DNA from: a virus
Lineage: Duplodnaviria; Heunggongvirae; Uroviricota; Caudoviricetes
Virus record (IMG/VR): IMGVR_UViG_3300045256_000127
Strand: one strand, 5' to 3'
DNA: 48,800 bases
Positions 28,359 through 36,646 of the stretch are shown here, in pieces. The notes beneath the pieces were generated by a model that saw only the letters and a program-made list of their open reading frames with translations, was not told where the DNA came from and made no database searches. The first letter of the stretch is position 1. Each line of letters begins with the position of its first letter. The position numbers and the translations under genes were made by a program.

Positions 28359-28436
28359 ATGAAAGAGCAAATCGTTAAACTGCGTAGCCAGGGCTTAGGC
28401 TACAAAGCAATAGCTAAGATAGTTGGTGAGCCATAG
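28359..28436 (+). pseudogene. HTH-like fragment, possible homing-endonuclease remnant
   Basis: MKEQIVKLRSQGLGYKAIAKIVGEP*, AT-rich, between tRNA genes. Confidence 0.35.
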
Positions 28437-28496
28437 TGAATTCCTCGACCTGTGTAAAAAGGTCTTGATACACAATGGCTACTCTGTTCAAAAGTT

Positions 28497-28583
28497 GGAA
28501 GGTTAACCAGACAGGCGTGCTGGCTTCGCTTGGAAAGCGAATGGTGCCTTTACCGGCATGGAGATCGAGACTTCAGCCTTCCG
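28497..28583 (+). tRNA. tRNA-Ser(GGA), 8/4 type
   Basis: GGAAGGTT/AGCCTTCC acceptor, TTCGC-TTGGAAA-GCGAA, 4-bp T stem. Confidence 0.8.
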
Positions 28584-28591
28584 CTCCACTA

Positions 28592-28823
28592 GCGGTGTTG
28601 CAACACCGTGATGTGGCAAGAGGTTAACTGACGGGTTGTTACGACTCGTTGGTGACAGCAGAAACGTCCCGTTGGGCCGCAAGGTCGCCTCGGGCAACGT
28701 ACAGAAATGCGAGTTAGGGGCTACTTCTCCACTAAGCCTAAACCAATGGAGAACTGGTGTACTGGCGCACACCCGGCCGTAAACCGGGAGGAGTGGGTTC
28801 GATTCCCATGCAAACGCCTCTGC
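28592..28823 (+). ncRNA. structured RNA ending in tRNA-like D, anticodon (GTA) and T arms without a local acceptor stem
   Basis: CCCGG-CCGTAAA-CCGGG at 28772-28788, GTGGG-TTCGATT-CCCAT, and several upstream hairpins. Confidence 0.45.
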
Positions 28824-28853
28824 TTACTACGTCTGTGCTGTTAGCCTCTTAAT

Positions 28854-28925
28854 GGTGCTTAGGTGTAACGGTTGCATTTGTGGTTGAAACCCACGAGGCA
28901 GCGGGTTCGACTCCCGCAGGCACCA
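28854..28925 (+). tRNA. tRNA-Phe(GAA)
   Basis: GGTGCTT/AGGCACC acceptor, TGTGG-TTGAAAC-CCACG, canonical T arm. Confidence 0.85.
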
Positions 28926-28926
28926 C

Positions 28927-29053
28927 TCGGTAGAATGCAGTTAGGATTACATGGTTGAAGTCTGGACCCCAAAAGGGTCTTTGATTAGGCTGTTCGAATC
29001 AGCCTCTCCTCGAAAGAGGGGTATAAGAAATCTTAGCGACCCTGGTCTACCGA
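28927..29053 (+). ncRNA. candidate multibranch RNA with a T-loop hairpin
   Basis: Closing helix TCGGTAGA/TCTACCGA; AGGCTG-TTCGAAT-CAGCCT; two further hairpins. Confidence 0.5.
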
Positions 29054-29058
29054 AACAT

Positions 29059-29152
29059 TGGCGAGTGGCGGAATAGTAGACGCAGCCCCGTTTTGTGGGG
29101 CCGATGGGCTGATCTCCCATCATGCAGGTATCGAATCCTGCCTCGCCAACCA
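29059..29152 (+). tRNA. Leu-type class II tRNA body with TTT anticodon and encoded CCA
   Basis: TGGCGAG/CTCGCCA acceptor, D-loop GAATAGTAGA, GCCCC-GTTTTGT-GGGGC, long variable arm, 8-nt T loop, A73-CCA. Confidence 0.65.
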
Positions 29153-29153
29153 T

Positions 29154-29226
29154 GCCAGCCAAGCTAACTTAGTAGAAGCGCATCGCTGAAAACGATGAGG
29201 ACTCGGAGCGTAACCGAGGGCTGGCA
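29154..29226 (+). tRNA. tRNA-Phe(GAA) with atypical T loop (AGCGTAA)
   Basis: GCCAGCC/GGCTGGC acceptor, CATCG-CTGAAAA-CGATG. Confidence 0.8.
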
Positions 29227-29250
29227 CTTACCCTAACTCAAGGATGAGTT

Positions 29251-29814
29251 ATGACGATTTGCGAAGACTTCGGAGGAATCGAAGTCACCACGAAAAACGC
29301 CTTCGGCATCGGCTACATTAACCGAAAGGTGTTGTTGAAGATCACCTGGGTGAGCTACGGAGCTTACACGATCACCGTGCAGAAGGCCGCTGAGTTGCCG
29401 ATGTCTGCCAACAAGTACACCGAGCCGAAGACTGATTACTCAATCAGCATCACGCCGGAACAGGTGGACAAGGTGGCCGAGTTGTTCGAGGCCGCAGAAA
29501 CGCCCGAACGGATGCAGTGTTACAAGCCGTTCTACGAGGACTACGACCCGGACCGGAGCATGTTTGACATGGAACACGACACGTTGTTCCAGGCGTTCAA
29601 GCAGAAGGATCGGGTCATCCTGACGAACATCAACTTCGTGTGCGGCGTGCCGTCGAGCATGGATTCGCTGAACATGACGTTCGAGGACTACCTGAAGTTC
29701 AAGGCGTACCTCGACAGCAAGAGGGATCAGGTCTTCTACTCGGGAGTAAAGTTCGGTCCAGCAGGGGTGGAGGCAGTGTGGTGCGGCGAGAAGAAGCCGG
29801 ACCATGTAAAGTAA
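29251..29814 (+). CDS. hypothetical protein
   Basis: 187 aa ORF with RBS. Confidence 0.7.
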   Translation: MTICEDFGGIEVTTKNAFGIGYINRKVLLKITWVSYGAYTITVQKAAELPMSANKYTEPKTDYSISITPEQVDKVAELFEAAETPERMQCYKPFYEDYDPDRSMFDMEHDTLFQAFKQKDRVILTNINFVCGVPSSMDSLNMTFEDYLKFKAYLDSKRDQVFYSGVKFGPAGVEAVWCGEKKPDHVK

Positions 29815-29953
29815 GTCGGTATGGTGTAATGGCAGCACGCCGCCCGGAGAGGGCAGGCTACCGGGGATCGTTCCCCTGGCGTTGCTTTACCAAAGGCAGC
29901 GGGATGGTATCCTAGTCTCTAGGGAAGTTGGGGTTCGAATCCCTATACCGGCT
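29815..29953 (+). ncRNA. tRNA-like RNA with anticodon arm replaced by a ~80-nt multi-hairpin domain
   Basis: GTCGGTA/TACCGGC acceptor, GTGT-AATGGCA-GCAC D arm, TGGGG-TTCGAAT-CCCTA T arm; no assignable anticodon. Confidence 0.65.
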
Positions 29954-29967
29954 CTTGGAGACACAAA

Positions 29968-30471
29968 ATGCCTCTGCTCGTGGTCGTGGACAGCATCCAC
30001 TACTCGCCGAAGGACAGCGAGACGGCGACGAAGGAACTGCTGATCGTCCGTGACCTGGATCAAGCCCTGGGGTACATCGACCAGGAACACCTGCTCGGGT
30101 ACTTCAAGGACGGCGACGACCAGGACGAGGACAGCGGCTACTACTCGCCGAGCGACGAGTGGTGGGAGCAGAACCCGACCAAGCGGGCCGAGGCGGAAGC
30201 CCTGGGTCTTGAGATCAGTGAATACGGCTCGGTTAGCGGGACTGGCGAGAACCTGACCCGGTGGTTGTCCTCGAACGACTGGAAGGATGCGGACGACGCC
30301 TACTACGGCGTGACGCACTACGACTGGTCGAAGCGGCAAGAGATCAGCGACGACGACGTTGCCACACTACTTCGCCTCGGACTGGCGAAGGACATTAGGG
30401 AATGGAAGCCCGATGAAGACGTACAGGGTAGTGATTCCGCCGCCGAAGGCGAAGCGGATGATGAGTCTTGA
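29968..30471 (+). CDS. hypothetical acidic protein
   Basis: ORF track, GGAG RBS. Confidence 0.7.
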   Translation: MPLLVVVDSIHYSPKDSETATKELLIVRDLDQALGYIDQEHLLGYFKDGDDQDEDSGYYSPSDEWWEQNPTKRAEAEALGLEISEYGSVSGTGENLTRWLSSNDWKDADDAYYGVTHYDWSKRQEISDDDVATLLRLGLAKDIREWKPDEDVQGSDSAAEGEADDES

Positions 30472-30700
30472 GAAGACGCTGCATGTCACCTTCGGGGACG
30501 GCTGGGGGCACGGCGGGGTCCACAAGTACACAATCCCCGCCGACAAGTTCTCCGCTGAGTTCTCGTTGAATGACGACGCCGAGTACAAGTACAACACGAG
30601 CATGATCGACGGCTTGACGTTCGACGTGTTCGTGGAGTACAAGAACGAGAGCGGCAGTCGAACGGAACGAAAGCACCTTGTACCGGAGTTGGTGACATGA
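30458..30700 (+). CDS. hypothetical protein
   Basis: ATG at 30458 overlapping the upstream stop region. Confidence 0.55.
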   Translation: MMSLEKTLHVTFGDGWGHGGVHKYTIPADKFSAEFSLNDDAEYKYNTSMIDGLTFDVFVEYKNESGSRTERKHLVPELVT

Positions 30701-30873
30701 AGGAACACAACTGGTCGGGGGACCGCTGTGTGGACTGCAACCGGCCCAGGGACGACGCCGGGGTGGAATGTCCGGGCGAGCCGGACAAGGACGCTGTGAT
30801 GCGATCCCCGCACGTCATTCATGGCGTGACCCTTCAGCCAGAGATGCTGCCAGGGTGCTTCCCAGAGAACTGA
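30697..30873 (+). CDS. small Cys-containing hypothetical protein (58 aa)
   Basis: ATGA overlap; MKEHNWSGDRCVDCNRPR... Confidence 0.45.
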   Translation: MKEHNWSGDRCVDCNRPRDDAGVECPGEPDKDAVMRSPHVIHGVTLQPEMLPGCFPEN

Positions 30874-30874
30874 G

Positions 30875-31060
30875 ATGAAGCGAACGATACACTACATCGA
30901 CACGGCGGGCCTGTCCCAGCGGCAGGCACTAGCCCTGATCGAGCGTCTGAAAGACTGCATCCGCACGGGCAAGAAGTTGCCGACGATGTACGTCGTCAGG
31001 ACGGAAGAAGTAGAAGTGTCTAATGTCCATATGGGGGAACAGGCAGACCCGCCAGTTTGA
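30875..31060 (+). CDS. hypothetical protein, reads into tRNA-Leu
   Basis: ORF track. Confidence 0.5.
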   Translation: MKRTIHYIDTAGLSQRQALALIERLKDCIRTGKKLPTMYVVRTEEVEVSNVHMGEQADPPV

Positions 31061-31106
31061 GGGACTGGTGCCGCAAGGCGTGCAGGTTCGACTCCTGCTA
31101 TGGACA
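31025..31106 (+). tRNA. tRNA-Leu(GAG), long variable arm
   Basis: GTCCATA/TATGGAC acceptor, CCAGT-TTGAGGG-ACTGG, A73. Confidence 0.9.
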
Positions 31107-31157
31107 CTTTACAAAAGCCGAGAAGGCCATAGACTGCGATCTCCAACGGAGGACGAC

Positions 31158-31508
31158 ATGATCGCAGTCATGTGTACGCAAGGGACACTCAAGTTCCAAG
31201 AGATTCGGGACGAGTGTCCCACGAACAAGTGGTTCCCCATCCTGACCTACGTCATCAACGGGGAGCAAGTGCTACTTTTGTTTTCGGACCAAAAGGTAGC
31301 CAAGCAGTTCATCAAGCGGAACCTTCCGAAAGACTGGCTGCACGGGGCCATCGAACTGACCGACGACGACGAGAAGATGCTGCGAGAGCGGTTCAAGGTG
31401 CGGGAGATGAACTACCCGAACCTGATGAAAGACCTGCCCGGCATCGAGTGGAAGGAAGAAGTGCTGGAACTCGACGAGCGGCCCAACTTCCATGTAAGTA
31501 GACTGTAG
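31158..31508 (+). CDS. hypothetical protein
   Basis: GGAGGA RBS, ATG at 31158. Confidence 0.7.
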   Translation: MIAVMCTQGTLKFQEIRDECPTNKWFPILTYVINGEQVLLLFSDQKVAKQFIKRNLPKDWLHGAIELTDDDEKMLRERFKVREMNYPNLMKDLPGIEWKEEVLELDERPNFHVSRL

Positions 31509-31577
31509 ACACGGCGAACTTTCCGGTGTAAATTCTGAGAAGTCGCCCGCCTCTCTACTCGCAACGGAGTTCGCAAG

Positions 31578-32018
31578 ATGACCGTGAAGACCGTGGACAT
31601 CCGCCCCTCCCAGGCCATCATGGGGATCGCCCTGTTCGCCGCCATCGGCTTGAGCGGGTGGCAGTTCTGGAAGAACGAGGACACGAAGGTCAAGACGGAG
31701 TTGAAGACGAACCTGACCGAGCAGGAGATTCGCCTGCTCCAACAGGAACTCGCCACCGCCCGGCACGAACTGCTGGAGGAGAAGACCAAGCCGAGCTACG
31801 ACGACGGCTACCGGGCCTGCATCCTGAGCATGGGTGGGGCGCAGCAGAACGGGTCGTACAAGGACGGGTGGGACGCCGCCGTGAAGATGCTGAACAACCG
31901 GAGCTACGCCGACGGCTACCACAACGCCATCGAGCAGTTCGGCTACCAGACGCAGGGCAAGCAGATCGTCCCGAAGAACGAGCCGGAAAGTTCGGCGAAG
32001 ACCGAACCGAAGAAGTGA
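31578..32018 (+). CDS. hypothetical membrane-anchored coiled-coil protein
   Basis: N-terminal TM segment; repeated YxDG[YW] motif. Confidence 0.7.
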   Translation: MTVKTVDIRPSQAIMGIALFAAIGLSGWQFWKNEDTKVKTELKTNLTEQEIRLLQQELATARHELLEEKTKPSYDDGYRACILSMGGAQQNGSYKDGWDAAVKMLNNRSYADGYHNAIEQFGYQTQGKQIVPKNEPESSAKTEPKK

Positions 32019-32047
32019 TCGAAGTGTCCGTCTAACAGGCGGACCAC

Positions 32048-32122
32048 GCCATCGTAGACCAACTGGCAGGAGTCACCAGACTGAGATGCTGGGCAGTGTG
32101 GGTTCGAATCCCACCGATGGCA
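32048..32122 (+). tRNA. tRNA-Leu(GAG), short variable loop
   Basis: GCCATCG/CGATGGC acceptor, loop CTGAGAT, one anticodon-stem mismatch. Confidence 0.75.
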
Positions 32123-32146
32123 CTGAATTCGTTAGTGAAGGAGTTT

Positions 32147-32425
32147 ATGTCTAGGAAGACCTTTTACCGCCAATGCCGTCTGGTCCGCAAGACCGAGACG
32201 GGCACGATGAACCAAGTAAGCTGGATTCCCGAGCCTTACTGTGTGAAGGACAAGGTGCTGAAGCTGAAGAAGGACGACGGCACCTGGGAGAACGGCTGGG
32301 TGGTAGAAGGTGCCGGTGACAACCGGCTGGCCCAAGACCAACTCCCGGACTACCACACGATGATTAAGGGGCACCGGAAGAACACCGGCGACTCCGAGCC
32401 GAAGCAGAAGAAGGTGACTGCGTGA
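32147..32425 (+). CDS. hypothetical protein
   Basis: AAGGAG RBS. Confidence 0.7.
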   Translation: MSRKTFYRQCRLVRKTETGTMNQVSWIPEPYCVKDKVLKLKKDDGTWENGWVVEGAGDNRLAQDQLPDYHTMIKGHRKNTGDSEPKQKKVTA

Positions 32426-32868
32426 CGGATGAGCCGAAGATGGTGACGTTCTGTTTCCAAACAGTCGATACCGAAGGCAGAGGGAAAAACCTGATGACAC
32501 CGGATGAGGCGAAGGAGAAGGTTGTCGAGGCGATCAAGGCGGGGCGAGTCAGCTTCGCACCCAGAGCCGAGGAGTCTTTGGCGAATATGTCTCTCGACAA
32601 CCCGGACTTCACCGTCACGAAGGTCACGATGAACGAAGGCAACCTGCGGAACAACGCAGGTCGCTGGATCGGGTTCGAGTGGGAAACCGTCTCGGCAGGA
32701 TTCGGTGAAACCGTGTTCTGCCTCTACAACGACGGGCGGGTGGAGATCGACAACGAAGCAATGAGCCGGGACTTCATCAAGAACGTCCTGGCGAAGTGCG
32801 AGAACGAGGAGGTTCGAGAGCGGCTTCTGAGGCTGCTACCGACAGCGAAGCTGTACGACGAAAAGTAA
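32422..32868 (+). CDS. hypothetical protein
   Basis: GTGA overlap. Confidence 0.65.
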   Translation: MTDEPKMVTFCFQTVDTEGRGKNLMTPDEAKEKVVEAIKAGRVSFAPRAEESLANMSLDNPDFTVTKVTMNEGNLRNNAGRWIGFEWETVSAGFGETVFCLYNDGRVEIDNEAMSRDFIKNVLAKCENEEVRERLLRLLPTAKLYDEK

Positions 32869-32874
32869 CGACAT

Positions 32875-32949
32875 GCCGTCGTAGACCAACTGGCAGGAGT
32901 CGCCATGCTCAGAACGTGGACAGTGTGGGTTCGAATCCCACCGACGGCA
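32875..32949 (+). tRNA. tRNA-Leu(CAG), short variable loop
   Basis: GCCGTCG/CGACGGC acceptor, CCATG-CTCAGAA-CGTGG. Confidence 0.85.
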
Positions 32950-32952
32950 CTA

Positions 32953-33075
32953 GGGGTAGCTGTTCCCTCCTTCAACGGGAATAGCGGCGAGATGGGTGTG
33001 GGTAATCGCCTTAAAACAACATACCACTGTACCGTAAGGTAACATGGGGAGCAACGGCTGACCACAAGCCGCCCC
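32953..33075 (+). ncRNA. candidate structured spacer RNA between two tRNA-Leu genes
   Basis: GCTGTTCCC/GGGAATAGC and GGCGA/TCGCC hairpins; GGGG/CCCC ends. Confidence 0.4.
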
Positions 33076-33080
33076 GATAT

Positions 33081-33156
33081 CGCACCGTAGACCAATTTGG
33101 CAGGAGTCGCCTCGCTTAGAACGAGGACAGTGTGGGTTCGAATCCCTCCGGTGCGA
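33081..33156 (+). tRNA. tRNA-Leu(TAG), short variable loop
   Basis: CGCACCG/CGGTGCG acceptor, CCTCG-CTTAGAA-CGAGG. Confidence 0.85.
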
Positions 33157-33181
33157 CTCATATTACACTAAGGGCAACGAG

Positions 33182-33940
33182 ATGTCCCGGACCTTCGCTC
33201 CGATCAGCATCGACGACCTGCGTGCCAAGATCGACGCCATCTGCGGCGACGAGGGCGTGAGGCCACTGATCGACAAGCTGGGCAAGGACATCAAGGTCGA
33301 GTTCGACCTGGAGAACGTCGCATACGACGCCGACGACTTCGGGCCGAAGTCGGTGCTGGGCTACCACACCGAGAACGGGTTGACGTGGTGCGGCTTCGCC
33401 GCTGGTGGGGATTGGGAACACCCCGTCTTCTTCATGGTGTATTGGGACGGGAAGAAGCTGCGGGGCTATGTGCCGACCGACGGCAACCCCTGGAACAGCA
33501 TCACCAAGCAAGCCTACGGCAACGACGACGAGAAAGACCTACAAGACGCCAAGAAGCGGTGGCCCGAAACCTACGCCGACGTAGAAGAAGTGGAAGGCCA
33601 CGACTTCGAGTTCGACGAGAAGGCGATCAAGGCCGACTTCATGGCTCGGATCGCCCCGGCCGGTGGCGCAGCCGCACCCACCAAGAAAACAAAGAAGACC
33701 AAGCAGACCATCGAGGAGCGGATCGTCGCCCTGAAATTCTACGGGACCGGCGACGAAGCCTACGAGTTGTTCCAGCAGACCTGCGGCCTGTGTTACTCGA
33801 TGAACGCCCTGGGCACGCCCGAGCAAGCCGAGACGCTGTGCAAGTGGGCCGAGGAGATGGCCGCTCAGAGCTACGAGGACGCCGTGCAGAACGACGGCGA
33901 CCTGAACGACGTAGCACAAGGCTGGTGGGGACGCCAGTAA
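33182..33940 (+). CDS. hypothetical acidic two-domain protein
   Basis: 252 aa ORF. Confidence 0.75.
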   Translation: MSRTFAPISIDDLRAKIDAICGDEGVRPLIDKLGKDIKVEFDLENVAYDADDFGPKSVLGYHTENGLTWCGFAAGGDWEHPVFFMVYWDGKKLRGYVPTDGNPWNSITKQAYGNDDEKDLQDAKKRWPETYADVEEVEGHDFEFDEKAIKADFMARIAPAGGAAAPTKKTKKTKQTIEERIVALKFYGTGDEAYELFQQTCGLCYSMNALGTPEQAETLCKWAEEMAAQSYEDAVQNDGDLNDVAQGWWGRQ

Positions 33941-33964
33941 ACTATACTAAGGCAAAGGAATGCC

Positions 33965-34588
33965 ATGTCAAAAGAAACTGAAGACCTGATCGCCAAGTGG
34001 GAAGCCGAGCCGAACGACCGGATTTACATTCGGCACGGCGAGAGTCGGTACAACAAGAAAGAAACGACCGATCTCGACAGCGAACTCACTGACGAAGGCG
34101 TTCTCCAAATCCGCCGTGTCGCTCGCTGGCTCAAAGACAACGTTCCGAAGCTCCTGTACTCCGGGTACTTCGGCGTGACGACGCCGTACCTGCGAGCGTT
34201 GCAGTCGGCCCGGATCATCCGGGAGATCACCGGCCTTCCGTTCCACGTTCACTCCGGCCCTCGGGAAGTGATGACGTGTTACGATTCCGTCGAGATCAAG
34301 AACCGAAGCTGGGAGTTCAAAGACCTGGACTGGTCGCTGTGCCTGACCGAGCCGTGGAAGTTTCGGCGTGAAACCGACGACGACTTCTGCAAGCGAGTCC
34401 GCCAGTACCATGAGGACTGCTCTCGCATCAAACGGATGGTGACGGTTTCGCACGGCACGCCCATCGTGGCCTTGCACGAGTTGGATCAGGGAATCAAGAA
34501 CCCGCCGAACGTTGTGCAATATCCGAGAAATGGGAGCGTAACTCGGGTTGTCGGCGGGAAGCTGGTTTGTTATGATCTTGTGGTATGA
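33965..34588 (+). CDS. histidine phosphatase (phosphoglycerate mutase-like) family protein
   Basis: IRHGES, PYLRALQSA and VSHG motifs. Confidence 0.88.
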   Translation: MSKETEDLIAKWEAEPNDRIYIRHGESRYNKKETTDLDSELTDEGVLQIRRVARWLKDNVPKLLYSGYFGVTTPYLRALQSARIIREITGLPFHVHSGPREVMTCYDSVEIKNRSWEFKDLDWSLCLTEPWKFRRETDDDFCKRVRQYHEDCSRIKRMVTVSHGTPIVALHELDQGIKNPPNVVQYPRNGSVTRVVGGKLVCYDLVV

Positions 34589-34908
34589 GCGAAGCAAAAG
34601 AAAAGATGGTTATCGAGATCGATAACCTGACCCCGGCCCAGAAGCTTGCAATCGAAGACATGCTGGCGACGTGGGTTTCCCTCGGACAGATGGGAAGCTC
34701 ACGCTGGACAGCGTTCTTCGCCGACGGCGACGGCAACTTCCACCCGAAGGTGACGGTAGACGGGGAAGACGCCCAGCCGTGCAAGCTGACGGACCGGGAG
34801 AAGCGTTGGCGTGACGCCGCTTTCGCCACCCTCGACGGCGGCTCGATCTCGACCGACATGTACATGATCGACTTCGACGAGATCGCATGGGCGTTGCGAA
34901 AGGACTAA
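34585..34908 (+). CDS. hypothetical protein
   Basis: ATGA overlap. Confidence 0.65.
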   Translation: MSEAKEKMVIEIDNLTPAQKLAIEDMLATWVSLGQMGSSRWTAFFADGDGNFHPKVTVDGEDAQPCKLTDREKRWRDAAFATLDGGSISTDMYMIDFDEIAWALRKD

Positions 34909-34915
34909 AGTAGAT

Positions 34916-34997
34916 GGCCTCGTGGGGGAACTGGCAGACCCGCATGACTCAAAATCTTGTGCCGCAAGGCGTGTCGGTTCGAGTCCGACCGAGGCTA
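34916..34997 (+). tRNA. tRNA-Leu(CAA), long variable arm
   Basis: GGCCTCG/CGAGGCT acceptor, loop CTCAAAA, A73. Confidence 0.88.
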
Positions 34998-35028
34998 CTT
35001 TAACTCTCCCCGCTTCAAGGATGAAGTG

Positions 35029-35448
35029 ATGAAAAAGGTCGTTGGCAAAGTCGGCGAGGAACTTCGCCTTCACTACGGCAAGACTCCAGAGGAGTACCGG
35101 GCGTTCGCCGCAGGCTTCGCAGCGGGTCAGGCCGAAAAGGTGTACCTGGGTGCCTGTCAGGCAGCTATGTTCCGCCCGAGTAATGACCACTTCGAGTGGT
35201 ATTACCAGGAAGTGAAGCGAATCGCTGATGCCTACGGCCTAGAAACTCGTGTGCTGTCTTCCTTCCAAATGGAGACATCCCACGAGATTTGGATTTACAG
35301 GGAGAAGACGGTCGTCGGGATGTGGATGATGCAGGACATCAACTCCCCGGAGTGGCACCAACTGCGTGCCCAACTCTGCGGCATCCCGGCCGACGAGGTT
35401 GATGTGAACTACCACCTGCGGAGCGGGTACGGAGAGAAGTGTGATTGA
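35029..35448 (+). CDS. hypothetical protein
   Basis: ATG at 35029 in ORF 34957..35448. Confidence 0.65.
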   Translation: MKKVVGKVGEELRLHYGKTPEEYRAFAAGFAAGQAEKVYLGACQAAMFRPSNDHFEWYYQEVKRIADAYGLETRVLSSFQMETSHEIWIYREKTVVGMWMMQDINSPEWHQLRAQLCGIPADEVDVNYHLRSGYGEKCD

Positions 35449-35740
35449 GAACGCAGAAGTCCGGCTGGCCGACAGGACGATCAAGACCCGGCTGCACGAG
35501 CATGGCGAGGATCGGTTCGACGGGAAGTCTGTGAACACCGGCTACTTCGACGGGAAGTTGGCTGAGATGCAGGCGATCCTCGACGCCAAGTTGACGACGG
35601 TCGAGATTTATGTTGACGGTAAGCTCGACACGACACTCACCGGGGCACACGCTTGGAAGCTTCATGATTGGAGCTACAAGGATTACGATCACGCCGTCCT
35701 GCATGTGCATTGGGATTACGAGGAAGACGAAGACTATTGA
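35441..35740 (+). CDS. hypothetical protein
   Basis: ORF track, coupled to neighbours. Confidence 0.6.
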   Translation: MIENAEVRLADRTIKTRLHEHGEDRFDGKSVNTGYFDGKLAEMQAILDAKLTTVEIYVDGKLDTTLTGAHAWKLHDWSYKDYDHAVLHVHWDYEEDEDY

Positions 35741-35928
35741 TGAAGAGGATCACAAATATCGACGATGTGGTTCGCTCGGTTCTTGTGTATGGCGAGCAGG
35801 GTATCTTTTGGATGCCGAAAGCACCTAGAGAATACTGGCCTCACCTATACGAAGCCTTACTTCCGCATCGAGACAATCAATACGCAGGAGCAATCCTGTC
35901 GGCTATTGAAAAACTGACGGCACCATAG
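35740..35928 (+). CDS. hypothetical protein
   Basis: TGATG overlap; stop codon lies inside the tRNA gene. Confidence 0.55.
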   Translation: MKRITNIDDVVRSVLVYGEQGIFWMPKAPREYWPHLYEALLPHRDNQYAGAILSAIEKLTAP

Positions 35929-35993
35929 ACCAACTGGCAGGAGTCGCCTCGCTCAAAACGAGGACAGTGTGGGTTCGAATCCCTCTGGTGCTA
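35919..35993 (+). tRNA. tRNA-Leu(CAA), short variable loop
   Basis: GGCACCA/TGGTGCT acceptor, CCTCG-CTCAAAA-CGAGG. Confidence 0.85.
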
Positions 35994-36012
35994 CTGAACT
36001 TTAACTTGGAGG

Positions 36013-36552
36013 TTGTCATATGCCACAGCTAAACGCCATTACCTCAACAAACGGAGTCTGAGGAAAAAGCGGGACGAGTACGAAGAACTGTACATGTACT
36101 TCGAACAGAACGAGGTACAGCCGACCGAGATCGGCAGCGAACAGTTCTATCGCTACGAGTCCTTCGGCGAGAAGCCCGAAGTCCCTGACCCATACTACCT
36201 GCGGCTTTGCCAGGGTAAGAAGTGGTTCAGCGTCCAGCAGGAGATGATACGAAACTCCTGGCTCACCTGGGAATGGTGGGGTTGGTATCAATACTGGATC
36301 GACTGGAAGGGCAATCGCTGGATGCTGCGGTATCTGATGGACTGGCACCCAGGCCCGCCGGAGTGGTTGTTCATGGAAGACGATGACCACGTTGAGAAAG
36401 TCCTCAACGACCCCGAGCCAAAGTTGTTCTACCCTGAGCCAACGCCCGAGGAAGTGAACGGCCCGCCGAAGTGTACTTGGTGCAACGACACGAAGGTGAT
36501 CTACGGCGAGTCGCCGAACAAGCCGCAGGGTGAAACCTGCCCGATGTGTTGA
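36013..36552 (+). CDS. hypothetical Trp-rich protein
   Basis: GGAGG RBS, TTG start, C-terminal CxxC pairs. Confidence 0.65.
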   Translation: MSYATAKRHYLNKRSLRKKRDEYEELYMYFEQNEVQPTEIGSEQFYRYESFGEKPEVPDPYYLRLCQGKKWFSVQQEMIRNSWLTWEWWGWYQYWIDWKGNRWMLRYLMDWHPGPPEWLFMEDDDHVEKVLNDPEPKLFYPEPTPEEVNGPPKCTWCNDTKVIYGESPNKPQGETCPMC

Positions 36553-36562
36553 AAGGAAAGTC

Positions 36563-36637
36563 ATGGACGACAACGACGACGGCACGATGTTCTTCGCCAT
36601 CATGGTCATCATTATCATGCTGATCTTGCTTTGGTGA
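36563..36637 (+). CDS. 24-aa single-pass membrane peptide
   Basis: MDDNDDGTMFFAIMVIIIMLILLW; AAAGGA RBS. Confidence 0.5.
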   Translation: MDDNDDGTMFFAIMVIIIMLILLW

Positions 36638-36646
36638 GTTAATCCT

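Noticed and set aside
29905-29925. CTA triplet in the 29815 tRNA-like RNA as an amber suppressor anticodon
   Set aside because: CTA lies in a stem arm (CCTAG-TCT-CTAGG) and cannot be centred in a 7-nt loop.
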